From the NCBI RefSeq assembly GCF_018350175.1, contig NC_058368.1:185320001-185384000 (forward strand): 64,000 bases of DNA, written 5' to 3'. The position numbers were made by a program, and so were the translations under genes. Position 1 is the first letter of the stretch. The number at the start of each line of letters is the position of its first letter. Of this stretch, positions 25,243 through 35,669 are shown one piece after another. Under the pieces are notes generated by a model. That model made no database searches. It saw nothing but the letters and a program-made list of their open reading frames with translations, and had not been told where the DNA came from. This DNA comes from Felis catus (lineage: Eukaryota).

Positions 25243-25744
25243 TTTATGTAATCTTAAAATGGTATGTAGAATAAGAGTTATCATATGTGCTAAATTCTAA
25301 GACAGTGATTCTCAGAAAGTAGGATCTATGGATCCCGAGGGAATCCTGAGATTCAGGGATCCCCAAGGTCAAAACTGTATTTATAATAATACTAAGACAT
25401 TATTCGTTATTTAGCATTTGGAATTTGCCATAATGGTACACAAACAATAGCAGGTAAAACCACTGGTGCTTTGGTACAAATCAACGCAGCAACAGCAAAC
25501 TGTACAGGTAGATAGATGTATTCTTAACCACTATGCACTTATGGTTCAAAAAAAGAAAAAAGGCTTCCATTTCTACATACAAAGAGTTTGGAAGTCACCA
25601 CTCCATCCTGAACGACAATAAAATGCTCAAAACACTAAAACGTTAACAAAGTTGCTGCTAACATTGGAGAGATAGATAGGGAAATATGGGAAATCATGAC
25701 TTAGTGGAGCAGAGACTCAAAAGTAGAAACCAGAGCCAGGGTAG

Positions 25745-26414
25745 TATGAGATAATAGCAGAAAATATTTACTTATATTTTCTATTTCTATTTCTATCTCT
25801 ATTTCTATTTCTATTTCTATTTCTATTATTTACATTTATATATAAAATCTGTCCCCTGTTCCTAGCAGAGAACTCCTGAAAATCTTACAATTTTCTGAGT
25901 GATAAGAAATCTAGGAGCATCTCTTTTTCTAATATTGGTCCTTTGACCTCTGTTCCCGACACAGAGTTCCTTTTACCCTTGTAGTTTCCTGTTGACAGGA
26001 GTGTCTTTTGCTTTAATGAGGTGACTTTAGATAAGGGCTAGTCACAGGAAAGACCACACCATGATTAGAAGCTTGGAATTTTCAGCTCCGCCCCCTATTC
26101 TCTTAAGAAGGGAGAAAGACTAAAAGTGGAGTTAGTGATTAGTCATGCCTACATGATAAAGTCTGCATAAAATTCCCAAAGCATGGGGTTTGGAGGACTA
26201 GGTTGGCAAACACATGGAAATGCTAGAAGAGTGGTACATCTGGAGAGGGCATTGAACACCTGCTTGTGTCCGAGAATTGTTGGTGTGGGGACAAACCACC
26301 CACATTGGTGACCAGAAATGTCAAATTAAATTTTTCGGTGTGTAAAAATAAAGGAGACACATAGGATGTTATTCCTGAGGGAATATAGGAAGGAAAAAAC
26401 GAAGTTCTTTTACA
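25745..26414 (+). mobile_element. MER21-like solo LTR containing a (TTTCTA)n microsatellite
   Basis: gaaagaccacaccatgattagaagcttggaattttcagctccgcccc resembles MER21; ends in ..taca; 5-bp TSD ggtag at 25740-25744 and 26415-26419. Confidence 0.8.
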
Positions 26415-26642
26415 GGTAGGAAAACCTGAACTGTAATTGACAAATTTCTGGAGGCTCTATGTGGACAACTCTGAGTGTTAAAAACTCCAGGGGAACCCAG
26501 GCATAGGGAGAACCTCCCAGTATTGTGACATTTACCTCCAGGAGTGCAACCAGGTTCTCACAGTAAATATCCTCTCATGCTCTGTCTTGGGGAAGGGGAA
26601 AAGGAAGAGTTTTGAAATATAGCACAGCACTCTGTTCTTCTT

Positions 26643-26866
26643 TTTTTAAATTTTTTTTTCAACGTTTATTTATTTTTTTTGGGACAGAGAGAGACAGAGC
26701 ATGAACAGGCGAGGGGCAGAGAGAGAGGGAGACACAGAATCAGAAACAGGCTCCAGGCTCTGAGCCATCAGCGCAGAGCCCGACACAGGGCTCGAACTCA
26801 CGGACCGCGAGATCGTGACCTGAGTTGAAGTCGGACGCTTAACCGACTGCGCCACCCAGGCGCCCC
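26643..26866 (-). mobile_element. Young Can-SINE
   Basis: TSD actctgttcttctt at 26629-26642 and 26870-26883. Confidence 0.96.
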
Positions 26867-28971
26867 AGTACTCTGTTCTTCTTAACAAGGCCTACCTTCA
26901 GGAGAAACTAGTTAACGAGAGCCTAACCTGATGGGGTTATTATCCAAACCTAACTCATTTGGGGAAGGGTAATACCCAACTTCAGTTTCTTCGAGCTTTC
27001 CACATGGGAGGAAAGAAATATCCAATACCAGCCCATTCTAGCAATTCTGTCGCACCCAGGGCAGGAGAAAAAAACAACTAAGAAGCACTTCTGACATTCA
27101 CAGAACAGAAGCTGGCTCACTAAAAGACAGACAAAATCATGGGACTACAGGTTGCTTCCCTTGCCCTGGTACCTTATAACCACTTACTAATGGCCTTTTT
27201 ATAGCAGTTCCTTTACCCAATACATCATGCCTGCTATCAAGAAAAAAATTGCAAGACATACTAAAAGGCAAAAAAAAAAAAAAGAAAAAACCCACAAAAC
27301 TTGAGGAGACATAGTGAGCATGAGAACCAGACATGACAGGGATGTTGGAATCATCAGACAAGAGTTTAAAACAACCATGATTAAAGTGGTAAGGCCTCTA
27401 ATGGGTAAAGTAGACAGCAAGCAAGATCAGATGTGCAATATAAATAGAGAGATGGAAATTCTAAGGAAAAAAAAAACAACAACAAAGAGAAATGATAGAG
27501 GTAAAACCATTGTATAAAAAATAAAGAATGTCTTTGATGGGCTTATTTGTAGACTGGACACAGCTGAGGAAATTGAATCTCTGAGCTTGAAGTTATGTCA
27601 TTAGAAACATTAAAAACTGAAATGCAAAAACAAAGACCAAAAAAAAAAAAGGAATATCCAGATACTGTGGGACAACTACAAAAAGCATAACATATGTGGA
27701 ATGACTAAAAGAAGAAAGAGAGAAAGGAACAGAAGAAATTTTTGAGGCAATAGGGACTGAAAAATTCCCCAAATAAATGTCAGGCTTGAAACCACAGATC
27801 TAGGAAGCTCAAAGAATATCAAGCAGGTAAATGACCCATACTCCCCACACCTCCCTAAAGAAAACCCTAACTACACATTGACATATCATTATAAAATTAC
27901 AGAAAATCAAAGGTAAAGATAAAATCCCTAAAGAAACCAGAGGGAAAAAATGACAACAATGGTACAAAGGACAAGAGAGAGGAATTAGAATAATTTTGCT
28001 ATTATAAGTTACTCCCACTACCTACGAAGTGGTGTAATGTTATTTGCAAGTGATTTGGATTAGCTGTACATGTATATTACAAACTTTAGGGAAACCATTA
28101 AACAAAGGGAAAAAAGAAGTATAGTTGATATGCTAAGGAAAGAAAAAAATGTAATGTTCATTTAAAACCACAAAAGGCAGAAAAAGAGTGAAAGATAAAA
28201 ATAAGAACAAAGAATAACAGCAACAACTGAAAAGTAGATATAGTAGGTATTAATCCAACTATATCAGAGTCATTTTGATCATCAGTGGTCTAAATACACC
28301 AATGAAAAGACAGATTGTCAGAGTCGAGTAAAAAAAACAGGGCTCTTCTTTATACTGTCCACAAGAAACCAACTTTAAATATAAAACCACATGTAGATTA
28401 AAAGTAAATGGATGGGGAAACATATACCATGCCAACACTAATTCAAAAATAGTAGGTGTAGCTATATAAATTCCAGTCAGAGAAAACTTCAAAGCAAGGA
28501 AAGTTATCAGGAATAAAGGAGGTCATTACATAGTGATAAAGGGATCAGTTCTCCAAGAAGATATAACAGTTGTTAATACAACAACAGGGCATCAAACTAC
28601 ATGAGGCAAGTATTAAATTGAATTGTAAGGGAAAATAGGTTAATCCAGTTTTGTGATTGGAGATTTCAACATCCCCTGTCAAAAGTGGGTAGATACAGAA
28701 GGCAGAAAATCAGTAAGGACGTATTTGAATTTATATAATTGACATCTATAGACTACATCTGACAACAGCAGAAGACACACTCCGCTCAAGCTCACATGGA
28801 ACGCTCACCAAGATATAACACATTCTGAGCCATAAAACACACCTTAGAAATAGAAAAGAATAGGAATCATACACAGTATCTACTTTCAGAACTTAATGGA
28901 ACTAAATTTGAAATCAATAACAAAAAAAACTGAAAAAAATCCTAAATGCATGGAGAATAAACAACACACTT

Positions 28972-29186
28972 AAAAAAAAATGTTTATTTTCAAGAGAGAA
29001 AGAGAGTGTGAGGCGGGGGGCGGGGGGAGGTGGGAAACGGGGCAGAGAGAGACACACAGAATCCAAAGCAGACTCCGGGCTCTGAGCTGTTGGCACAGAG
29101 CCTGATGCGGGGCTCGAACCCACAAACCGTGAGATCATGAGCTGAGCCGGAGTTGGGCGCTTAACCAACAACCACCCAGGTGCCCC
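28972..29186 (-). mobile_element. Can-SINE
   Basis: Antisense SINEC; TSD aaacaaca(c/t)actt at 28959-28971 and 29187-29199. Confidence 0.93.
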
Positions 29187-29203
29187 AAACAACATACTTT
29201 TTA

Positions 29204-29499
29204 TTTAAAAAAAATTTTTTTTTCAACGTTTTTATTTATTTTGGGACAGAGAGAGACAGCATGAACGGGGGAGGGGCAGAGAGAGAGGGAGACACAGAAT
29301 CGGAAACAGGCTCCAGGCTCCGAGCCATCAGCCCAGAGCCTGACGCGGGGCTCGAACTCACGGACCGCGAGATCGTGACCTGGCTGAAGTCGGACGCTTA
29401 ACCGACTGCGCCACCCAGGCGGGGCTCGAACTCACGGACCGCGAGATCGTGACCTGGCTGAAGTCGGACGCTTAACCGACTGCGCCACCCAGGCGCCCC
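29204..29499 (-). mobile_element. Very young Can-SINE with a 74-bp duplicated head
   Basis: TSD aacaacatacttttta at 29188-29203 and 29500-29515; exact internal repeat of period 74. Confidence 0.96.
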
Positions 29500-29894
29500 A
29501 ACAACATACTTTTTAAATAACAGAGTCTCAGAGAAGAAATCTCAATAAATTTTAAAATATTTGAATTAAGTGAAAATGAAAACACAAAATTTGTGGGATG
29601 CAGTGAAGGTAGTGCTTAGAGGGAAATTTATAGCATTAAATACATTTTAGAAAATGAGGAAAATATCAAATAAATAAGCTAAGTTTTCACCTTAGGAAAC
29701 TAGAAAAAGAAGAGGAAATGAAATCCAGAGTAAACAGAAGAAAAGAAATGATAAATATTTGAGCAAAAATAAATGAAAATAGGAAATCGATAGAGAATTG
29801 ATGAAACCAAAAGCTGATTCTTTGAAAAGACCAGTAAAATTGATAAGCCTAGGCCAGGCTAAGAAAAAAAGATGGTACAAATTACTAAAACAGA

Positions 29895-30111
29895 GGGGCG
29901 CCTGGGAGGCTCAGTCAGTTGAACGTCTGACTTCAGCTCAGGTCATGATCTCATGGTTCGTGGGTTTGAGTTCCGCCTCGGGCTCTGTACTGACAGCTCA
30001 GAGCCTGGAGCCTGCTTCAGATTCTGTGTCTCCCTCTCTCTCTGTTCCTCCCCTGCTCTCACTCTGTCTCTCACTATCTCAAAAATAAATAAAGATTAAA
30101 AAAATAAAAAA
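29895..30111 (+). mobile_element. Can-SINE
   Basis: TSD aaattactaaaacag at 29879-29893 and 30112-30126. Confidence 0.96.
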
Positions 30112-30181
30112 AAATTACTAAAACAGGAATGAAAGAGGATATACCATTACAGATATTATGGACATTAAAAGGATAATAAAG

Positions 30182-31293
30182 CCAAAATCTATAAAGAGCT
30201 CACCAAACTCCACACCTGAAAAACAAATAACCCAGTGAAGAAATGGGCAGAAAACATGAATAGACACTTCTCTAAAGAAGACATCCGGATGACCAACAGG
30301 CACATGAAAACATGCTCAACGTCACTCCTCATCAGGGAAATACAAATCAAAACCACACTCAGATATCACCTCACGCCAGTCAGAGTGGCCAAAATGAACA
30401 AAATCAGGAGACTATAGATGCTGGAGAGGATGTGGAGAAACGGGAACCCTCTTGCACTGTTGGTGGGAATGCAAATTGGTGCAGCCACTCTGGAAAACAG
30501 TGTGGAGGTTCCTCAGAAAATTAAACATAGACCTACCCTATGACCCAGCAATAGCACTGCTAGGAATTTACCCAAGGGATACAGGAGTACTGATGCATAG
30601 GGGCACTTGTACCCCAATGTTCATAGCAGCACTCTCAACAATAGCCAAATTATGGAAAGAGCCTAAATGTCCATCAACTGATGAATGGAAAAGAAATTGT
30701 ATATTACAATTGTGTATATACACAATAAAGAATATACACAATATAGAATACACATATTCTATATACACAATATAGAATACACATATTCTATATACACAAT
30801 AAAGAATATACATATTCTATATACACAATAAAGAATATACACAATAAAGAAATTGTATATTACAATTGTGTAATATACACAATTGTGTATATTACATTGT
30901 GTATATACACAATGGAGTACTACGTGGCAATGAGAAAGAATGAAATATGGCCCTTTGTAGCAACATGGGTGGAACTGGAGAGTGTGATGCTAAGTGAAAT
31001 AAGCCATAGAGAGAAAGACAGATACCATATGGTTTCACTCTTATGTGGATCCTGAGAAACTTAACAGAAACCCATGGGGGAGGGGAAGGAAAAAAAAAAA
31101 AGAGGTTAGAGTGGAAGAGAGCCAAAGCATAAGAGACTTTTAAAAACTGAGAACAAACTGAGGGTTGATGGGGGGTGGGAGGGAGGGGAGGGTGGGTGAG
31201 GGGTTTTGAGGAGGGCACCTTTTGGGATGAGCACTGGGTGTTGTATGGAAACCAGTTTGACAATAAACTTCATATATTGAAAAAAATAAAAAA
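30182..31293 (+). mobile_element. 5'-truncated young felid L1 (L1_Fc-like)
   Basis: ORF2 C-terminus ([33 protein letters not shown]), G-rich 3'UTR, A tail; TSD taaaaggataataaag at 30166-30181 and 31294-31309. Confidence 0.96.
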
Positions 31294-31640
31294 TAAAAGG
31301 ATAATAAAGGAATACCATGAACACCTCTGTGTTCACAAATTTGATAAACAAATGAAATGGACAATTCTTAGATACAATTTGCCAAAACTCACAAGAAAAA
31401 ATAGACAAATAAGCCTATATCTTTTAAATTGATCAATAGTTAATAACCTTCCAAAGCAGAAAGCACCAGTCTCAGATGGGTTCACTGGTGAATTCTACCA
31501 AACATTTAAAGACAGAGTTATACCACTTTTGTACAGTCTCTTTCAGAAGACAGGAGCAGAGGGAATACTTCCTAACTCATTCTATGAGGCCAGTATTATG
31601 CTAATACCAAGAACAGACAGATATTACAAGAAAAGATTAT

Positions 31641-31850
31641 AATTTTTTTAACGTTTATTTATTTTTGAGACAGAGAGAGACAGAGCATGAATGCGGGAGG
31701 GTCAAAGAGAGGGAGACACAGAATCTGAAACAGGCTCCAGGCTCTGAGCTGTCAGCACAGAGCCTAACACGGGGCTTGAGCTCACGGACCGCGAAATCAT
31801 GACCTGAGCCAAAGTCGGCTGCTTAACCGACTGAGCCACCCAGGAGCCCC
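31641..31850 (-). mobile_element. Can-SINE
   Basis: TSD aagaaaagattat at 31628-31640 and 31852-31864. Confidence 0.95.
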
Positions 31851-32547
31851 GAAGAAAAGATTATGGAGCAGTATCTATCACATAAGTGCAAAACTATGGA
31901 AACAGTGTGAAGATCAGTGGTTTTGAAGAGTTGAGTGTGGAGGAGGGATGAATAGTCAGAACACAGTATTTCTAGGGCAGTGAAAATACTCAGTATGATA
32001 CTACAATGATGGATACATGGCGTACATTTGTCCAAACTCAGAGAATGTACAACACTAAGAATGAGCTCTAAGGTAAACTGTGGACTTTAGGTAATTATGA
32101 TGTGTCAATGTAGGTTCGTCAGTTGTAATAAATATGCCACCCTGGATGGGGCTGTGCATGTGTGGGGGCAGGGAGTATATGGGAAATCTCGCTACTTTCA
32201 TTTTGCTGTGAACCTAAAACTGCTCTAAAAAAATAAAATCTTCAAAACAGGCTGATACCACATCCATAGTGGTCAGTACAAACATGAATAAATATTAATA
32301 AAATACTTATACAAACATTAATAAATATTGATAGATAATAAAAACATTAATGAAGTATTAATAAATATTAATCTTTGAGTACACATCTTTGTAACATTCT
32401 TTGTGTCAAAATAGGAAGTGCACAAAAAACAATGTTTCTGCTTACTGAAGTCTAGTGGTGGTTTGAGTCACAAGGTGGCCTAACTGCTCTTCACATGAAT
32501 TCGCTTTTTTCCAACTCCCTTATATATGTCAGGCTGAATTTCCTACT

Positions 32548-32748
32548 TATTTTTTAAATGTGTATTTATTTAGTTTTGAGAGAGAGCAAGAGCAGAGGAG
32601 AGGCAGAAAGAGAGGGAGAGACAGAAAATCCCAAGCAGGCTTCATGCTAACAGCTCAAATGGGGCTGTAACCCACAAACCATGAGATCAGGACCTGAGCT
32701 GAAAACCATGAGTCAGATACTTAACTGACTGAGCCACCCAGGCATCCC
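32548..32748 (-). mobile_element. Can-SINE (older) inside the Charlie1 right arm
   Basis: Antisense body; flanks atttcctac. Confidence 0.88.
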
Positions 32749-33267
32749 AGATTTCCTACATATTCTTTAACCAAAACAACAAATACACGACAGATTGAAT
32801 TCACAAGAAGATAGTATTTTACCGTTTTCTATCAAGCCCAACATTAGTTTTACAAAAATGTGAAATAATATTGGTCTTACTAAATTATTTTAAAGTTATT
32901 TTTCATAAAAATATGCTATTCTTGTGAACATATTATAGCTTTACTACTGTTATTTTAGATGAATTAATAAGTAAAATTTTAAAAAATTGCTTAGTTTTCA
33001 TTTTCAAATCTGTTTAGTCAATAGATAGGTAAAACCCACATAAACAAAGCCTCTTAGGGGTCTTCAATAATTTTAAGGATTTAAAGGAGTTGTGAGACAA
33101 AAAAAGTTTGAGAACAACTCTTCTATGTGGCCTGAAAATTAATAGCAGCACATCTGATTTGCATTTTTTTTCCCCCAGAGATGCCTTTTCTGCAATAAAA
33201 TTTACCAGCATGTTTCTCGCAGGATAGAATATGAGGAAGAACAATCTTTAAAAAAAAGCTAAGCTTA

Positions 33268-33488
33268 GGGGCGCCTGGGTGGTTCAGTAGGTTAAGCGCC
33301 AGACTTTGGGTCAGGTCATGATCTCACAGTTTGTGAGTTTGAGCCCTGCATCAGGTCTGTGCTGACAGCCTGGAGCCTGCTTTGGATTCTGTGTCTCCTT
33401 CTTTCTCTGTCCCCTCCCCTGCTCATGCTGCTCTCTTTGTCTCTCTCTCTCAAGATAAACAAACAAACAAACAACCCCCCCCCCCTCC
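33268..33488 (+). mobile_element. Can-SINE with (AAAC)n and poly-C in the tail
   Basis: Canonical head; flanks ctaagctt. Confidence 0.93.
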
Positions 33489-35171
33489 AAAAACTAAGCT
33501 TTAACTTCTGTCAGAGTCCTGGAGCTGCACAGGGGCCGGTATTTTAGATTTGAGAAGTTTAATGGTGATATTGATGGCACTCATCTTGGAGATTCTTGAG
33601 GCACCTAGAATGTCTCCTTTTCTGTTGTAGTTTCATTTTTATTTTTTCAGCTTACTTTAAAATCATGAAAGCACCCTGGAAGTTTTCAACAGAGTTATGT
33701 ATAATGACAATGGTTATTGCAAGGTGGCATATGAAAGGTAGGGATTATTTCCTTTGATCGTTAGCAACTCAAAGGAAGTTCAAGGAGGCCCTACACAGAA
33801 AGTATATGACCCATTGTAGGAGTTTGCTAAGGCATCAATTTATGTTGGCTCCTGAAATAACATTGAAACAATAATAAAAAATAAAATCAACCAGTGGAAA
33901 TAGGTGTAACGAATTGTGTAAACGAAGCATAGCATATGCATTATTATAGTTAACTGCATGTGAAATGCACTTAGGCCAGACCTTATTGCTAATTTACCAA
34001 ATTATACTGTGGAGCTGAGTGAAAGGCAGTAGATTAACAGACTGCTCTGAGCTGGGCAGGATGCAGGGCGTGAATGGTGATTTGTTGGTGTGCATGCCAT
34101 TCCTTACCTCCTGGGAGTCAATGCTGGTTGGGAGCACATCATAAATTATAAACTTGTCCTGTTCTCAGCCAAAGCCTCATGTTTTAGTTTTTCCCTTCCT
34201 CTTTTGTTTTTGCAGAGTGGTTTATGATATGCTAAATTAAATTGCACTGGCTGTTCCCTTGATGGAGCTGGAACAATCCCTCATGAATGTTCCCAGGGAA
34301 ACTGTGGAAGTAGATAAAAAGCCAGTGTGCAGTATGCATGGAGTGCTTCTGAATGGCAAGCTCTGAACTAGGCTCTGTTGGGGAGACTGCAAGAAGGCAG
34401 GAGAAACTAGTTTTTCTCCTGCAGGGTCTTGCAGCAAATTAGGGCATCAGGGACACAGCAAAGCCTTAGAAAGTATAGAATTTATAAATTCTTCAAAGGG
34501 AATGTATATGATATCAGAGGGGAAGTCACAGAGTAGTATTTGGTAGGCAGGGTATAACACAAAGACTAGGAGGACATGCTTTTAAAAAGCCTTTAAAATT
34601 TTTTGAAATATTTTAAATATACAAAAAAGCTCAGACAATAACTTGATAGTCTTCTTTGTTATCACCGTGCATGTTTTAAAAATGCTAATATTTGGCTTTA
34701 TTCAAACTTTTGTCCCTCTCTGAGCATGTTTTGGTTCCTTTGCAGACACAGGATGATATGGTATGTGATAACTTCATGTAATTTCTCAGCCCCAAATGCT
34801 CTCCTTCACCTCTTTCCCATCTCTGTAAATGCAACATCTTTATCTAGTATGTTGTAGTTATACAAGCAGAACACGGAGTCATTTTTAACATCTCTTTTTT
34901 CTTCTATCCTCATATAGAATCCACCCCAAGTCCTGGTGATTTTTTTTTTTTTTTGCCAAAATATCTCCCAGATCCAGTGAGCTCTTTTCAGCTTTACTAT
35001 AGTTATGGCTATCAATACTCAACTTACCATTGTGTTTCACCTGCACTGCTACAATAATCTTCCAACTGGTCTAATACCCATCCATGCTTTTTTCTCCAAG
35101 CTGTTCTCCACACTGTAGTCAGAATGATCTTTGCGAATCCACACATTTGATCCTTAAACCATTCAGTGGTT

Positions 35172-35375
35172 GGGGTGCCTGGGTGGTTCAGTTGGTCAAG
35201 CCTCGACTTTGGCTCAGGTCATGATCTCGCACTCTGGGAGTTCAAGCCCTGCGTGAGGCTCTGTGCTGACAGCTCAGATCCTGGAGCTTGCTCTCTCTCT
35301 TCCCTTCTCCTGCTTGCACTCTGTCTCTCTCTCTCATTCTCAAAAATAAATAAACGCTAAAAAAATTAAAAAAGA
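35172..35375 (+). mobile_element. Can-SINE
   Basis: TSD aaaccattcagtgg on both sides. Confidence 0.92.
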
Positions 35376-35491
35376 AAAACCATTCAGTGGCTTCCCATTA
35401 CGCTTCAGATAAAGATAAAGCTCTTTGTTGTAGATTTTAAGATGCTTTAAAGTCTTGCATTTTTAGCATCATCTGGCATTACAGTATCCCT

Positions 35492-35552
35492 CAAGGGTAC
35501 TACATATAGTTGTGTATGTTGTGCACTGCATAACTCCAGGAAGCATTTGACA
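35492..35552. mobile_element. Half of a MER91-like palindromic MITE
   Basis: cata(t)agttgtgtatgttgtgcactgcataactccagg resembles the recalled MER91B left arm; no right arm follows. Confidence 0.55.
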
Positions 35553-35669
35553 CTTTTGATCCTTAAACCATTCAGTGGTTGGGGTGCCTGGGTGGTTCAG
35601 TTGGTCAAGCCTTGACTTTGGCTCAGGTCATGATCTCGCACTCTGGGAGTTCAAGCTCTGTGTGGGGCT
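35550..35669 (+). repeat. Dispersed local duplicate of 35141-35260 (L2 flank plus SINE head)
   Basis: 120-bp ungapped match with about 5 mismatches, offset 409 bp. Confidence 0.93.

Larger units (their letters stand above)
25560..32240 (+). mobile_element. Old L1 (L1MC1-like) with 5' region, decayed ORF1, ORF2 endonuclease region and 3' end; RT region deleted
   Basis: ORF2 EN-like motifs (ggagatttcaacatcccctgtc, gatgggttcactggtgaattctaccaaacattt); 3' end ...tgctgtgaacctaaaactgctctaaaaaaataaa. Confidence 0.8.
25303..33120 (+). mobile_element. Charlie1-like hAT DNA transposon relic; arms at about 25303-25555 and 32345-33120, split by nested insertions
   Basis: Left end cagtgattctcag...aggtcaaaactgtatttataataatactaagacattatt; right end cccacataaacaaagcctcttaggggtcttcaataatttt...gtttgagaacaactc; imperfect 8-bp TSD ttctaaga / ttctatgt. 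Confidence 0.8.

Noticed and set aside
30690..30913. Repeat array as CRISPR-like
   Set aside because: Mammalian L1 context, no unique spacers, no cas genes; units derive from flanking L1 sequence
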